64,000 bases of DNA from the human T2T-CHM13v2.0 reference genome, Homo sapiens. The translations under genes and the position numbers were made by a program. Of the stretch, positions 26,266 to 39,570 are shown in pieces (within the stretch, counting starts at the first letter, position 1; every line of letters starts with the position of its first letter). Location: the NCBI RefSeq assembly GCF_009914755.1, contig NC_060929.1. One strand, 5' to 3'. A model generated the notes under the pieces. It worked only from the letters and a program-made list of their open reading frames with translations, did not search any database and was not told the DNA's origin.

Positions 26266-29200
26266 GCCTGCCTTTGCTCTTCAGTATCCATTTAAAGACA
26301 GCCAATGGGTACCATAAGAGATTAGTACAAGACTTTTAGGTTGGGCTGTCCATTAACAAATGACCCTACTCAAAGCATTAAGATGTCTTTACAGTGTACT
26401 TTACTTTCTGCCACCAAGCCAACAAACTTGTTAATAGGACAAAAATGTATGCCCATATGTGTTCTCATAGTACAAGATCATGAATAGCCATGGTTTAATT
26501 TGCTATTTCCTATAGAGAAAGGAAAATGAAGAAAGAGAACAGGAGAAACTGTTTGCTGTCTACTGCTATAATTTATTCATTTGATTGGTTTTTACCCAGA
26601 TTTGTTACATTTGGAAGTCCTATGGGTAATGGCATATTTTCTGATGTTTAAAAAATAAATAAATTATAGATCTGCACAGTGGGGTATGGAATTTAGAACA
26701 ATTTGGTCTTAGTCTTTGGAAAGAATAAAATGCTAAAAGGTCTTAGTTCAGAACTTGCGAAGTTAATGTCAGAGTTACCTTTATAAGAATGTTCTCATCT
26801 GACAAATATACAAAGTGAAAACATGACTTTTATATGTATATGTATCCTGTATATAGTAACCTTAAAGCTTAAGTAATCAAATCAATTATCATTAAAACAG
26901 CTCAGCAGCTACCTGAACCATCTCTGTTTTATTTTCCTCTAAATGTTTTCACATGTAAATAAAATGCTTCTTTGCCCTTGTTCAAATTATGTTGAGTACA
27001 AAGAGTGTTCTTTGCATCAGCAACTGTATCTCCTGGGACCAATATTGTAATTAATGAGATTTGAAACACATATTCAGAGCCAAATTTGAGATCCCAGACA
27101 CAAAAATGAAGATCCATTGTTTTGTTTTCATTTTTTAAAAAGGGAAAAGATTGGAGATTTAAAGCTTCCTAGTGTAGAGAATCACAATGTATTTTTAGAG
27201 TTTTTTTTTTAACCCACATATGAGATTGATGAATTTGGGGAGCCTGGATTTGGCATAGGGGAACCCTGACCAGCAATGTCACCAGAATGGAACATTTGGA
27301 ATTGAGGTTGATTTTTTAAAAAAACTTTACTCTTTCAGATATAGAACATCACAATAACTCAATCATTAGGTCTCCCTCATCTGTACCCCCATTTCGTTTG
27401 GACACGTGTGCACAATTTTCTCTTTCTGGAACCTACATCTAATTCTTGGAAGTCTTTATCACTTTAAAACAGGCAGTTCATTATGCCACCCTGCTCAAGC
27501 TCTAGATTGACTATACATTTCTTTGATCCTAACTTTTTTTTCTGTAGAACATTAAGGTTAATAATGTCTACATTCTTACAGTGCATGAGACCTCAGAAAA
27601 GATTTACCTGTTATATACAACAAAGAGACCACCTCTTTATGTTTAAATGGAAGCTAATCATGAATTTAATTATGTGCATCATACAGAACATTTAGCTTAT
27701 TAACTTAAAACCACTTAGAAATAAAAATATTTAGAAAAATAAACTAAACATTAAAATAAATTTTCTTGTTTTAGAGTAATATTCCCCAAAAATAAAACTG
27801 TTCTATTATTTATTTGTTTCATAAAACTAATCAGTTTATACAAATAACTCAGTTGCATTCATACCACTTTTCATTTCAAATCGTTTAACAGATATTCATT
27901 CATTATTACTCAATACATCCCAGTTAATTAGATTTCCCTAACCAGCTTTTTAAACTGGGTGAACTGAGTTCTAGATATATTCGTTAGCATTAGCTGATCC
28001 AAAAAGAAAACAGAACTAGTTCCAGAAGAAGAACTCCATGTTCCTGGCTGGCAGTCCTTTTCCCAGACCACGAAGCCACACCTCTTTCTCTCAGAAGTGA
28101 CTATTCCACCAAGGAATGTGAGCAAGCTCTGAGATGTTTGTCATTCAGATTACCTTGTGAAACTTCACTCCCAGGCAGAAGAGACCAGCATGCTCAGATT
28201 CACAAAATGCTCAAATGCCATGTACCAAAGTAATGAAATGAATAGTCATTGCAACTATGCTACTGTGCAATTTAGTCACTTACACCAGAATAATAAATGA
28301 AATTGGGCCTCAAATTAACATTTTTTGACACACTATTATTGGTTTAACATCAGCTAATCTGAGGCAATGACTGTTTCCATAACCTATTGCCCTGGATTTT
28401 TTAAATCCCAATTTACATATTCATAAACACTTACCAATATGTTAGGAGACATGGTGTGCAGATCTGCCAGTTCCAAAGAGTTCCAGCCCTAGAGGGTCTA
28501 GTCTTTTTTAGCACTACCAAGAATGTAAAGTTTAGTGACTTGGAATAAAATAAAATTATCCTTATACAAAGAATTATATATAAGCTGAAGATGAAAAATG
28601 AAAAACCAGGGCTACCATGTATGGCAATTTCATATACTGTATGTAGCATTTTGCAAAACAAATTCCAAGTGTTGTCATGTTCACTGGCTGGATTTTTGTC
28701 ATTAAATGTTGAGAGTTATGTAATAGGAAGTGTGCCAAAGAGTGTTCTTTATTCAAAAGTATTACTATTTTTTTTAGTGCATTCCTAAATCTTCACAATG
28801 GTTTTTCACCTAGTAAGGTTATGCCAATATGATATCTTTGCACTCTTGGAGCTAACAAAAGCCCCAGTCTCAAGAGGGAGGCTATGCAGCATTCCAGGCA
28901 GTGTCATTTCCTTCTGTTAGAAATGGAAACAGAGAAAAAAAACACCTACTTCATTTGCTTTTCATAATTTTCAAACATAATCAGATCCTCTTAACCAAGT
29001 ATGGCAGGAAAGGAAGACGACGACATATTATACTACTATTGCATTTTGTTTGCCTTTAGATAGTTTTAAAATAAGTGGTTAAAAATACATTATGCCAAGT
29101 GAAATCTGCTTAAGACAAGGGCTGAATATTGCCATTGCCAATCATAAGCTATAAGGTATAAACAATCTTACCATGGTCATATACGCTTGTCAAAGATATA

Positions 29201-30450
29201 GAGGACACTACAAATTTTGGGAGTTAGGGCTGGTTCCTCAACAAGTCTTTGAAACCAACTGGCCTATGCCCTATGTATTGCAGTACAGTAAGTACAGTAG
29301 TTTTTTAAGATTTATGTGTATTCTGTGGTGGCAATTGCCACCTGCCAGCACCATCATATACCATTAGGTGATACATGTACAGTCAGATTCCTCATCAGAA
29401 AAATAATTTTACAGTGTCATTGTCTTCGAATGCTTTTCAAATGCTTCATGTTCTTTTCTTTGCACCTAAATTCTTCAGGCAGAGAACAGAAGGATCCCGC
29501 TGCCCTATGGTGCTGAGGTATTGACAGTAACAAGGCAAATTCCCACCAGCCTTGCCCAACTTCTAAAACCCATGTTGTCTGTGGTTTTGGAGGCCCACTT
29601 TAAAGAAGTTAAGAAAGAATATATTTCTGTCTAATGGTCGGTCTGCTACTACTATTCTGTGCTTACCTCCTGCACTGTCCTCCCTGTAACTCTCCTGCAA
29701 TTTTCAGTTCTTTGAGGAGAACCTTAAACAATGTCTACGACTCCATGGATCCGACCTAAGGCTAAAGTTGTTGCACCTCTCTGGGTTAAAGATAGTTTTT
29801 GCCAAATATACTGACCTCTGGAATATTCTTCTGCGGTACTATTATTGACCCTGAGGTGCCCAGAAATTAGAGACTCGGGGGCACTATATCCATTTATCCT
29901 GGCTTTTCAGCCTAGTCTGGTTTCTAGAAGGGAGATAGCAAAGAGCGCACTGTGGGAATGGATGCAGGTAGTCTGGGGAGCAGTGTGGCCGGGGCGGGCC
30001 AAGGTCTGGGCACACTCTCCTATCACTCTGAAAGAGTTGTCCCCACACCCCAACTTTCCCGTACTGCTTCCTTTGTTCTTGCCTTGGCTTTTGTGTCCTT
30101 TTAGAAAATGCCAGTTCTGTTTCATAGTTTGGGTTTTTTCTTTATTCTAAAGAAGCATTGATCACTTGTTACACAAGGAGACACATTCATGCCCCAGGAA
30201 TTCTCTGAAGACATAAGGAGCTTACCACAGGGTAATGAGCAGGTGAGGCACAGTACTACAACTTATCACCTTATCTCCCAGTTTATATATGTTACTATAT
30301 ATATTTCATATCATATATATGGCATATATATGTGTTTCATATGTATATAAGATATGTAATGGAATATATAATCTTTTGTACATATGTAAGATATGTAATA
30401 TTATATATATATGGAAGGAAGAGGAAAGTTTAGTGGGAATATATGAAATT

Positions 30451-30694
30451 GGCCAGGCGCATGGCTCACACCTGTAATCTCAGCACTTTGGGCAGCCTAG
30501 GCAGGAAGATTGCTTGAACAGGAGTTCTAGAACAGCCTGGGCAATGCAGAGAGACCTTGTCTGTACAACAAATTTAAAAATTAGCTGGGCATGGTGGCAC
30601 ACGCCTGTAGTCCTAGCTACTAGGAGTTTGAAGCTGCCATGTGCTATGATCACACCAGTGCACTCCAGCCTGGGCAATAGAGTAAGACCCTGTT
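30451..30694 (+). mobile_element. AluJ with internal right-arm deletion, followed by a (GA)n tail
   Basis: GATTGCTTGA / GCTATGATCACACC J-type features; right arm jumps GCTACT to AGGAGTTTGA; (GA)n at 30695-30733. Confidence 0.88.
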
Positions 30695-30733
<39 letters not shown>

Positions 30734-30971
30734 GTAGAAGGAAGAGAGGGAAGGAGGGAAGAAACAAAGAGAATGAAATCACTATTTTTGTAAGTCAAAG
30801 GTGACTGCTGGCAACATTATATGGTTCAACCATGCAATAATTTCAGTTTTTGCATCCCATGCTACAGACTGCTTATGTGTTAACACGAACTAACATGTAT
30901 TAAGCTCATACAATGTGCCTGGCACTAAGTGTTTTACCTACAGTGTCTCAATGCTTTTAACAACGCTTTGA

Positions 30972-31310
<339 letters not shown>

Positions 31311-31764
31311 TTATTATTTGCACACTTTTTTCTGGTTCACACAACCAGTAAATAACCAGATTGAGATTTACATGCAGCCTCCCTATCTCATCAAACCTTT
31401 CAGGAATCTGACACACAAATTTTTCCAACCATCCCTACCCCTTAAGGTTTACTCCTTCATGTACTATGATTCTAGAAGGACAAACTTTTCTGTGAATTCA
31501 GGTTGGGTTAAATACAGTTGGGCCACTCAAATAGGGCTTATGGATATCATTTCAGCACAGCCGGCCCCTAAACCTCCTGATTAGATCAGAAACAACAAGC
31601 CACATCCTGCTTTATTGGAGACTCATCTTTCCTCAGGTCCATCATTTCCTCCGATTTTCACTACTATAAGGTGAGTATTTTGGCTCCCTATAGGATACAA
31701 TGGGGAAGAGAAATGATTTGGTGTGTATCCACTTCTCCTTCGATATTTAAAAGACATGTTTTCC

Positions 31765-32063
<299 letters not shown>

Positions 32064-33299
32064 TTACTCCTACTAAGTTGATCAGCTCATGTCTTCTTTC
32101 CAATCTTCACCGTATTCATTCTTCTTCAAGTCGATCACATTTCCCAGCTCCATGTGGCTGTGTGATCTGTGGTATGTAAAACCTGAAAACAAAGAGCTTT
32201 GTTTTAATTCACATTCTGCGTAGGAAAAGGGAAACTTGGGCAGTACCATTCGTTAACTGGATCACTGCAAATAAGAGCCCTACCTCTGGAAATGGTCAAA
32301 AACGGGTCCCCTGCATCTAAATCAGCAGGTTGCAATTCCTTTTGGGTTTTTTGTTGTGTTGTTTTGTTTTCTGTGTGGTTTTCGTTTCCTCATGGATTAT
32401 TGTAGTTCACTGTTACTTTTTCTTCTTGCCTTGTTTTTCGGGCTTCACTTCCTCCTTCTATTGTTATAGCTGTCTTTTTCCTCTCATCACATTTCCTGTT
32501 GCCTTTCCAATTCGGTGGGGCCCCATCCAAATCACTCACTGCCTGGCTCCAGAGTCGTCTTGGTCTTAGGGGAAGAGCAATCTTATGCCAAATAGTTCCA
32601 ATCCCTGGGACATCAGAAGAAGGATCCCAGGGACTCAGTATCCCAAAGTTTTCCTTTATTGATTTGATACTAGAATGAAATCCAAGTGTGCCTAATTAGG
32701 ACAAGAAAATATTCGTCCTCTTGGCTTCCTAGCCCCAGACCGTTCTGAACTCTGACAGCACCAACATCCATCAAATCAAACAATGAAATCAACTTTGGTT
32801 ACTTAGCATAATAGAAATAAACTTGTAATATTCTATTAGTGAAGGATCAATGTCTCCTGTCTTGAAAATAAACATCAGAGCTTGGCCTCAACATTTATAT
32901 AGCAGCAGGAGACCATTATTTTGTGGCAACATTCGATTACATTGACATCAAGACAGATTTATTAAATTAATAAATAGTACATGATTTTCAGCCTTTCATT
33001 TCCAACCCTCACCACCACTACCCTCCCCAAGGTGATCTTCTGAAACTCTTCATCCATTTTGTTGATGTCTTATTTATAATCTCTATTTCTTTTTTGCTAT
33101 TTGTCAGTTTACATCCAAAAATATTTTAAATACCCATTTTTAGATAGAAAATTTAAATTAGTTATTAAGAACAACGTTAACAATAAGGAGTTTCATCAAA
33201 TTGCTAATTGTTAAAATGTTTCACTGGCGTGGTATCTGAAGAGGTATTATTTCAGATGTGCTCTTCCAAGTCCTAAATGTGGCTAATGGCAAAGCTCAC

Positions 33300-33720
33300 A
33301 GTTCCTGCTGCCTCTTTTTCTGACTTCCAGCCTCAGGGCCTTTGCCTTGGCTATTTCCTCTGTCTGGAATGCTCTTCTCTCTGCTCTTTGCATGGCTGAT
33401 TTTTTTTTTCTCCTTAGTCAAGTCTTCTGGAAGATCAATTCCCCAGAGAGATTTTTCTCTGAGAGTCCTTTCTAGAGTGCTTAGTGCCTCATCCTCAGTC
33501 ACTCCTCATCCTGTCGTTTCGTTTTATTTTCTTTATAGTCACATGTCACTATCTGAAATGGTCATGGTCTGAATTACTCATTAGCTCGCATACTTTATAG
33601 AGGCAGCAGTCTTATTGTTCTTCTTCTCTGGGGTACTAGAGTCCCAAAACCCAGAATTGTACCAGGTACACAGTGGTTCTCAATAAACAAATATTCATTG
33701 ACTGAATGAATAAATGAATA
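33300..33720 (+). mobile_element. LINE-2 3' fragment
   Basis: CCTCAGGGCCTTTGC...TCTGTCTGGAATGCTCTT...CTCAATAAA...TGAATGAATAAATGAAT end. Confidence 0.7.
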
Positions 33721-34449
33721 GATTACTCTAAAAATATCACACAAGATTGACCTGAGACCTTATCTCTCTTAGATATTTGCAGCATGCAATCTTTCCTGCC
33801 CTCTACCCTACCCCCACCATCTAGGGGCTCCTTGTATTCTTAGAAACAACGGTGATTGAACAGAAAGTGTCAGCGCACATTTAGATTTTAGGCTTCTGCT
33901 CTTACTCCAATTTATTGTTCCAGCATCTAAACCAATTTAGCAGAGTTGTGGTGAGCAGGACATGAAAGAGAGAAATATTTCCTCCTCTTTTCTATCATCA
34001 CAGATCTAACTTGCTTGGAGTTCCACGTGGCTTAATGTTGCTGACAATAAGGAAACAAGTAGCACACAGTCAGCAGATTAAGTTTTCAGTAATAAGCTTT
34101 CATCATGTCACTCTCCTGCTCAAAAACCTCAATGCCTCCCCACTGCTTATAGGATAACTTCCTCTCCCCTCAGATTTGTATCCAGTATGATCCATCAGCA
34201 CCTACAGCTTTTGGGAGATTAAGTAACTTAGGCATGTCTGTCTTCCCTACTAGAGTATGTACTCCTTGAAAATAGTCTATTCATTCAAAGGCATTTCCAG
34301 CTTACCTACATGTTGAGCTTGATATAGGGAAAATACATTGTTGAAGAAGACATGTCACTGCTTTCAAGCCTCAAAATTACCAATTCAGTTTGTGCCTTGC
34401 TTTTGGGAGCTACTTGCTAATGTTTCTAGAATTAAATTTTAGTCCCATT

Positions 34450-34660
34450 TGCTGAAGTCTGACAACCAGATTTGAATTCCCCGTTCCACCAATTATCAGC
34501 TGTGTGATCTTAGGCAAGTCATTTAACCTCAGTCTCATGAACTACAAAGTGAGATGATGTTACTACGTATTAGTGTTGTCATGAGGATTAAATGAGAAAA
34601 TGCACATACTGGGTTTAGCACAGAGCTTGGCACATCATAAGTGCTTAGTAAATATTTATG
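34450..34660 (+). mobile_element. MIR
   Basis: AGCTGTGTGATCTTAGGCAAGTCATTTAACCTC...ATGAGGATTAAATGAG...GGCACAT..AAGTGCT. Confidence 0.8.
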
Positions 34661-34818
34661 AATGTTTTCTTCTCAGTAGAGCTTGTCTATAACCTATAGG
34701 GTCTGTAACCACACAAACACATATCTGATGCATACAACTCTCCTTACCTTGAATGGCTTTCCCTGTTCCCCTCTGACTCTAGCTCCTTTGTTAGTCATTC
34801 TCTGCACTTATAATCTGT

Positions 34819-34861
34819 ATCAGATGAGATCCGGTGCATTCAGGATGGTATGGCCATAGAC
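34819..34861 (-). pseudogene. 5S rRNA 5' fragment (nt 1-43), tailless retropseudogene
   Basis: Reverse complement GTCTATGGCCATACCATCCTGAATGCACCGGATCTCATCTGAT matches 5S rRNA nt 1-43 (GTCTACGGCCATACCACCCTGAACGCGCCCGATCTCGTCTGAT) at 37/43, mostly CpG decay. Flanking direct repeats a[t/c]aatctgtatca at 34810-34822 and 34862-34874. No poly(A). Confidence 0.9.
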
Positions 34862-35609
34862 ACAATCTGTATCATACAGACAAGCTGCCTTTTACTAGAA
34901 CTTAACTTTTCCTGTGTCTTTTTGCCCAAAGACATAAAAACAGGGATATAAGAGCAGAGATAATGCTATGATTTTCCAGCAGTGCCCAAGATAGTCCCGT
35001 ACTGATAGAATGTACCCGCTAACTCATTTTTGAATGTAGCGAATAGTATATGTAACACCAAATTCAACAGCCTTTTTATGGGTAGCAGTTAGTCATTGTA
35101 ATGATATCCTTTTGACTTTCACAGATTCAAGGGTGAAAACTGGAATTTTGATGTCATCTAGTCACATCTGCAAAGGAGTTCCCACAATGTCCCTAGATTC
35201 CAGTAAAGATATTCTTTCTTAACTAGTGATACAACTTAAGTACTTTTCCTCACTGAATCAGCTGTAGCAATGGGGGGAAAAATTAGTCATCATTCTCCTA
35301 ATAATAAGCCTACATATACTTTAAGACAGTCATCAAGTAATCCTCTTCTCCCAAATGAACAATCAAAATATTTATTTGCATAGCTAATATCACAAACGGT
35401 GTAGGCAAACAGACAAAGTCGCTCTCCTGTGAATACTATTAGCTTGTAGTTCACGGTTTAGGTGACTGTTCCGGAGTGAAATAAAAACATCTTCAGAGAC
35501 TTCTACCGGTCAATCAACACTTCAAATATTTTTCTAAGCTGCCCCTGGTAATTGCAACCTTTTAAGCATTTATTGGTGGTAGAATGGAAATACAACAACA
35601 GCAGTATAG

Positions 35610-36450
35610 TCATCCACTCAACAAACATTCACTGAGCACCTACAGTATGCAGTATTGAGCAACACAGTGTTTGCTAAGCAATGGAGGGCATGCGAAAATT
35701 TATAGGAAGCAGTGGCAACCATAAAGAAGTTTAGAGAAAGACACAAAAATTTCCTGAGTACCTATCATGGGCTGGGCACTGCGCTAAGTCTTAGTGTGTA
35801 CAGATAACATTTCTGACTTTGAGGATTCAGTAGTCTAGAGGGGAGTGTAAGAGTCTTATATGTTCAATATAGTCTTATAAGTGCTGGGAAAGATGTTAGT
35901 AGCAGTGAATATTCTGGGCCACAGAGGAATACCCCCACCTATAGCTTGCTTGATGCTTGAATGGAGACTTAAAGGAAGAATAAGACTTACCTTAATAAAA
36001 AAAAAAATTAATAAAAGTAGAGAAGGACATTTGAACAAAGGGAACAGCATGTACAAAGGCAAAAGGGGAAGAGAGACCATGCACATTCCAGAAGCTACAG
36101 GAAATTTGCCTGGAGTGGGGTGATTGCGAGGCAGTTGTGCAGAGAAAGCTGGAGAGTAAGCAGACTGATTCTTGAACAGCTTTCTATGACTACCATGAAA
36201 AAGACTGGGTTTTAAATCCTTGAATAGCCTTGGGGAGCTACTGGAGGACTTTAAATAGAGAAATGACCTGATCAGATTTGCAATTTAGAAAACTCACTCT
36301 GAAAGCTGTGTGGAGAGATAGAGAGAGAGAGGAAGCTAGTGGAGGGGACAGCACAAGGATCCAAGTGAGAACTGATAAAAGTATGAGCCACGCTAGGTAG
36401 AGTAAGGAACGGAGAGGAGAGGATTGCATGCAATCTTAAGATTTCAAAAA
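35610..36450 (-). mobile_element. LINE-2 fragments
   Basis: CATCCACTCAACAAACATTCACTGAGCACCTAC; GGGAACAGCATGTACAAAGGC; ATGACCTGATCAGATTTGCAATTTAGAAA. Confidence 0.65.
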
Positions 36451-36952
36451 ACTGGGACTAGTGTGCGCCCATTTCAAAAGACTGGGCAAAGTTGATCTAT
36501 TTGGCCAACTTCTAGCAAGATAATATTAATGAAACACCCATAGATTTAACAGGCAAAAAGCATTTACTTTTATTACAATGCACTTACTTATATTGCCAAT
36601 ACATGTCCTTTAACTGTAAATTATTTCACGTGATAGAACCAAGTACCTTTTGCAGAACACATCTTTTTAACAACAGCGGAAGTTGATGAGGAAATCAACA
36701 TTTTACTCTCTTCAGGTGTCTAATGTATAAAGAGCTTCCTATAATTCTCCATAAAAACACATAAACAACAAGAAAAACACAGACAGACAGACCACACACA
36801 AACACAACAATTAAAACAGGAACCAAACAAAAGAAAAAAATGTTTAAAAAAGATAGATAGATAGATTCAAGACAAGCAACATTTCAAAATTCTGACTTAG
36901 ATCATTCAGACCTTGGCTGCAGAAGCCTCCAGATCCCATGCTACTCACCTGC

Positions 36953-37350
36953 TGTCTTGGTTAGGTTTTCAAAGGCAGACTCTGAGATGAGTATGGAATA
37001 CTATATGTTTATTAGGGATCAACAACCTTGTGAAAAAAAGCGAAGGAAGTAGGATTGGACAGAGAAAGACGTTAGCTAGATTACAGGCCTGACAACGCGT
37101 ACACCAATCTGGCAGAGATCTCTGGAGGAAACATTGGCCATCAGAGTTTCCTCTGTCTGGCCAAAATGTCCTGGTCTTTACATCCCAGCCTCATTTACCA
37201 GCTGCAAGCTGCCCCAGGGAGGATGTGATCTCTCGAGAGGTGGTTTTTTGCAACTGAGGCAGACCTTGAAGATGCTGGCACTCCCCAGAGCAGAATAGCA
37301 TGTTTTTTCTTAAAAGAAGATCTCCTTTTCTTAAAAGGAGTTTCTCCCAC
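36953..37350 (-). mobile_element. ERVL LTR (LTR16A-like)
   Basis: TGTCTTGGTTAGGTT..AGGCAGACTCTGAGA..TTTATT..GAAGTAGGATTGGACAG..GCTGCCCCAGG resembles reverse-complemented LTR16. Confidence 0.55.
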
Positions 37351-37928
37351 ACCTGCACACCCCTGTTTGGATGGCGCTCAAAGATAGAACCAGGCCATAT
37401 TCTTGGCCTTGGTGGAACTATATCTAGATTGCTCCAGCCAGATGGCTATATCTCCTATACTTAGAAGTACTATTTTAGAATTATAGAAACATGAAAATTG
37501 TGTTGAGAAAAGAATTCAAAATTGAGTTTAAAATCATTTATTAATAATAAGATACCAGTGGGAATGAAATGAAAAAAAGCAGAAAAAAGTTAATAGTAAT
37601 ATGAGGTTATTGTTTTCATACTTTTCTGTGTATATAGTGGGAATCACAAAATGAGACATACAAAGCAAGCATGTAGGTTCATAGAACTAGAAGGCAGATT
37701 AGAAAGGGGTACAGAGCCCTCCTGAACGCTAGGAGAAAACTGGTTTCCTTCCTCCATTCAGTCAGTTACAGCCTCACCTGAGGGACCTTTACCAAGACCT
37801 TTAAATTCTCTTTGCTTGCATCACTAATACCTGAACGGTATTTATAACAGGAATACTATTATGTAGAAATATGACACAAGGTACAGGATAGAAGTGGAGA
37901 TAATTTTAAAAATCAATAGAATGACTAA

Positions 37929-38270
<342 letters not shown>

Positions 38271-39249
38271 TATCAGTCTTTTTTAACGTCATGGTAGAAT
38301 AAGGCAGAAAATAGTGAAGATCTTTAATTGTGATTCCTGTAACTTGGTACTAGGTACTGAGTTCATAAATTCCTCATCCCTCGGAATTTATTTCTATGGT
38401 TAAAACTCATCGATTTAGATCCCATAAATTTGTAATGTTGCAGTAATACAGTTGTAGTATGTCATTCTGGCTGAGAAAATATTTTACAATGATTCCCCTC
38501 CTTATAAAGCAGGGGCCTACTAATCTTCTTCAAGCATATCTTCAGATTCTAGGCCCAGCAGTTATTTCCATAGTGTCAAGCATGGTCATGATCCATTTAT
38601 CATGGCCCAATAATGACTGTATTTTTTAAACTAATTGACCTATTCTTAGAAAATATTATTTTTTCATAAAATGCAAATTATTTAGAAAATTACAAATAGC
38701 ATCAACTTCAAAAAATGTATTTTTCACCAAAATTTGGATATGGGGTTTTCTGCTCCACTTTCACTTCGTACGTCCCATTGTAACCCCTTTCCCAACCCAA
38801 CTAATGGAGCTCTGCCTACAAGCCATGCTATATTTCAGAGAGCTCTGTCCACTCAGGCCCAGAAAAAACAGATTGGTGTAATAATGCTAGGGTGAAAAGA
38901 GAATGGAGGAAAAAGGAGGAAGGAGGTTCAGAAATGGGTAAATTATAATATCTAAACTAAATATATACCCATATGTGCCCCCAAAATATCTCAAGACTAA
39001 CCAGACCAGGCCAGTTTCCCACAAACACTTTGGTCCTTGAGTTTCTTTATAACAAGCTGTATTACTGGCCTATGGAAAATAATACACATAAAAGCTACCA
39101 TCTTAATAGTTTTAGGAGTTATTTTAAAAGTTATTTAAAAATAACTTTTAAAAATCCAACAAATTAAGTTAAATGCTTTGATTTTAGAAGTGTCTATGTT
39201 TAATGAACAATTACATTAGATGCCTGTAACTGTTTTTAATCGTAAAGAA

Positions 39250-39570
39250 AATCTTGGTCTTAGGCACAGTATCCATCATGAGTATAACAAGAAGACCCCT
39301 GTGGCCCTCCCCCTCTATCACGATGAGCGCTACCACTAGGCACTGGACACCAGACCGTCTGCCAATGTCGTCCCCCACAGCTAGAAGCTCAACCGTCACC
39401 TTTGCCAGAAAATGGATTCTGAGCAGCACCTACTTCCTCTCATTGTTCTTTTCCAAAACAATCTCTCCAGCTAAGGTGCACTGGCTGGGTCTAGGTCACA
39501 TGTGTGTAAATATATGTATATATATTTAAGGGTGCAACTTTGCTATAAGAGAAGCTGGGAAAATGTGTTT
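39250..39570 (-). mobile_element. Possible ancient MaLR LTR (MLT1M/N-like)
   Basis: GGTGCACTGGCTGGGTCTAGGTCACATG...GAAGCTGGGAAAATG resembles reversed old MLT1 ends; weak. Confidence 0.35.

Noticed and set aside
30280-30412. TA-rich stretch with self-complementarity
   Set aside because: Degenerate (TA)n low-complexity sequence.
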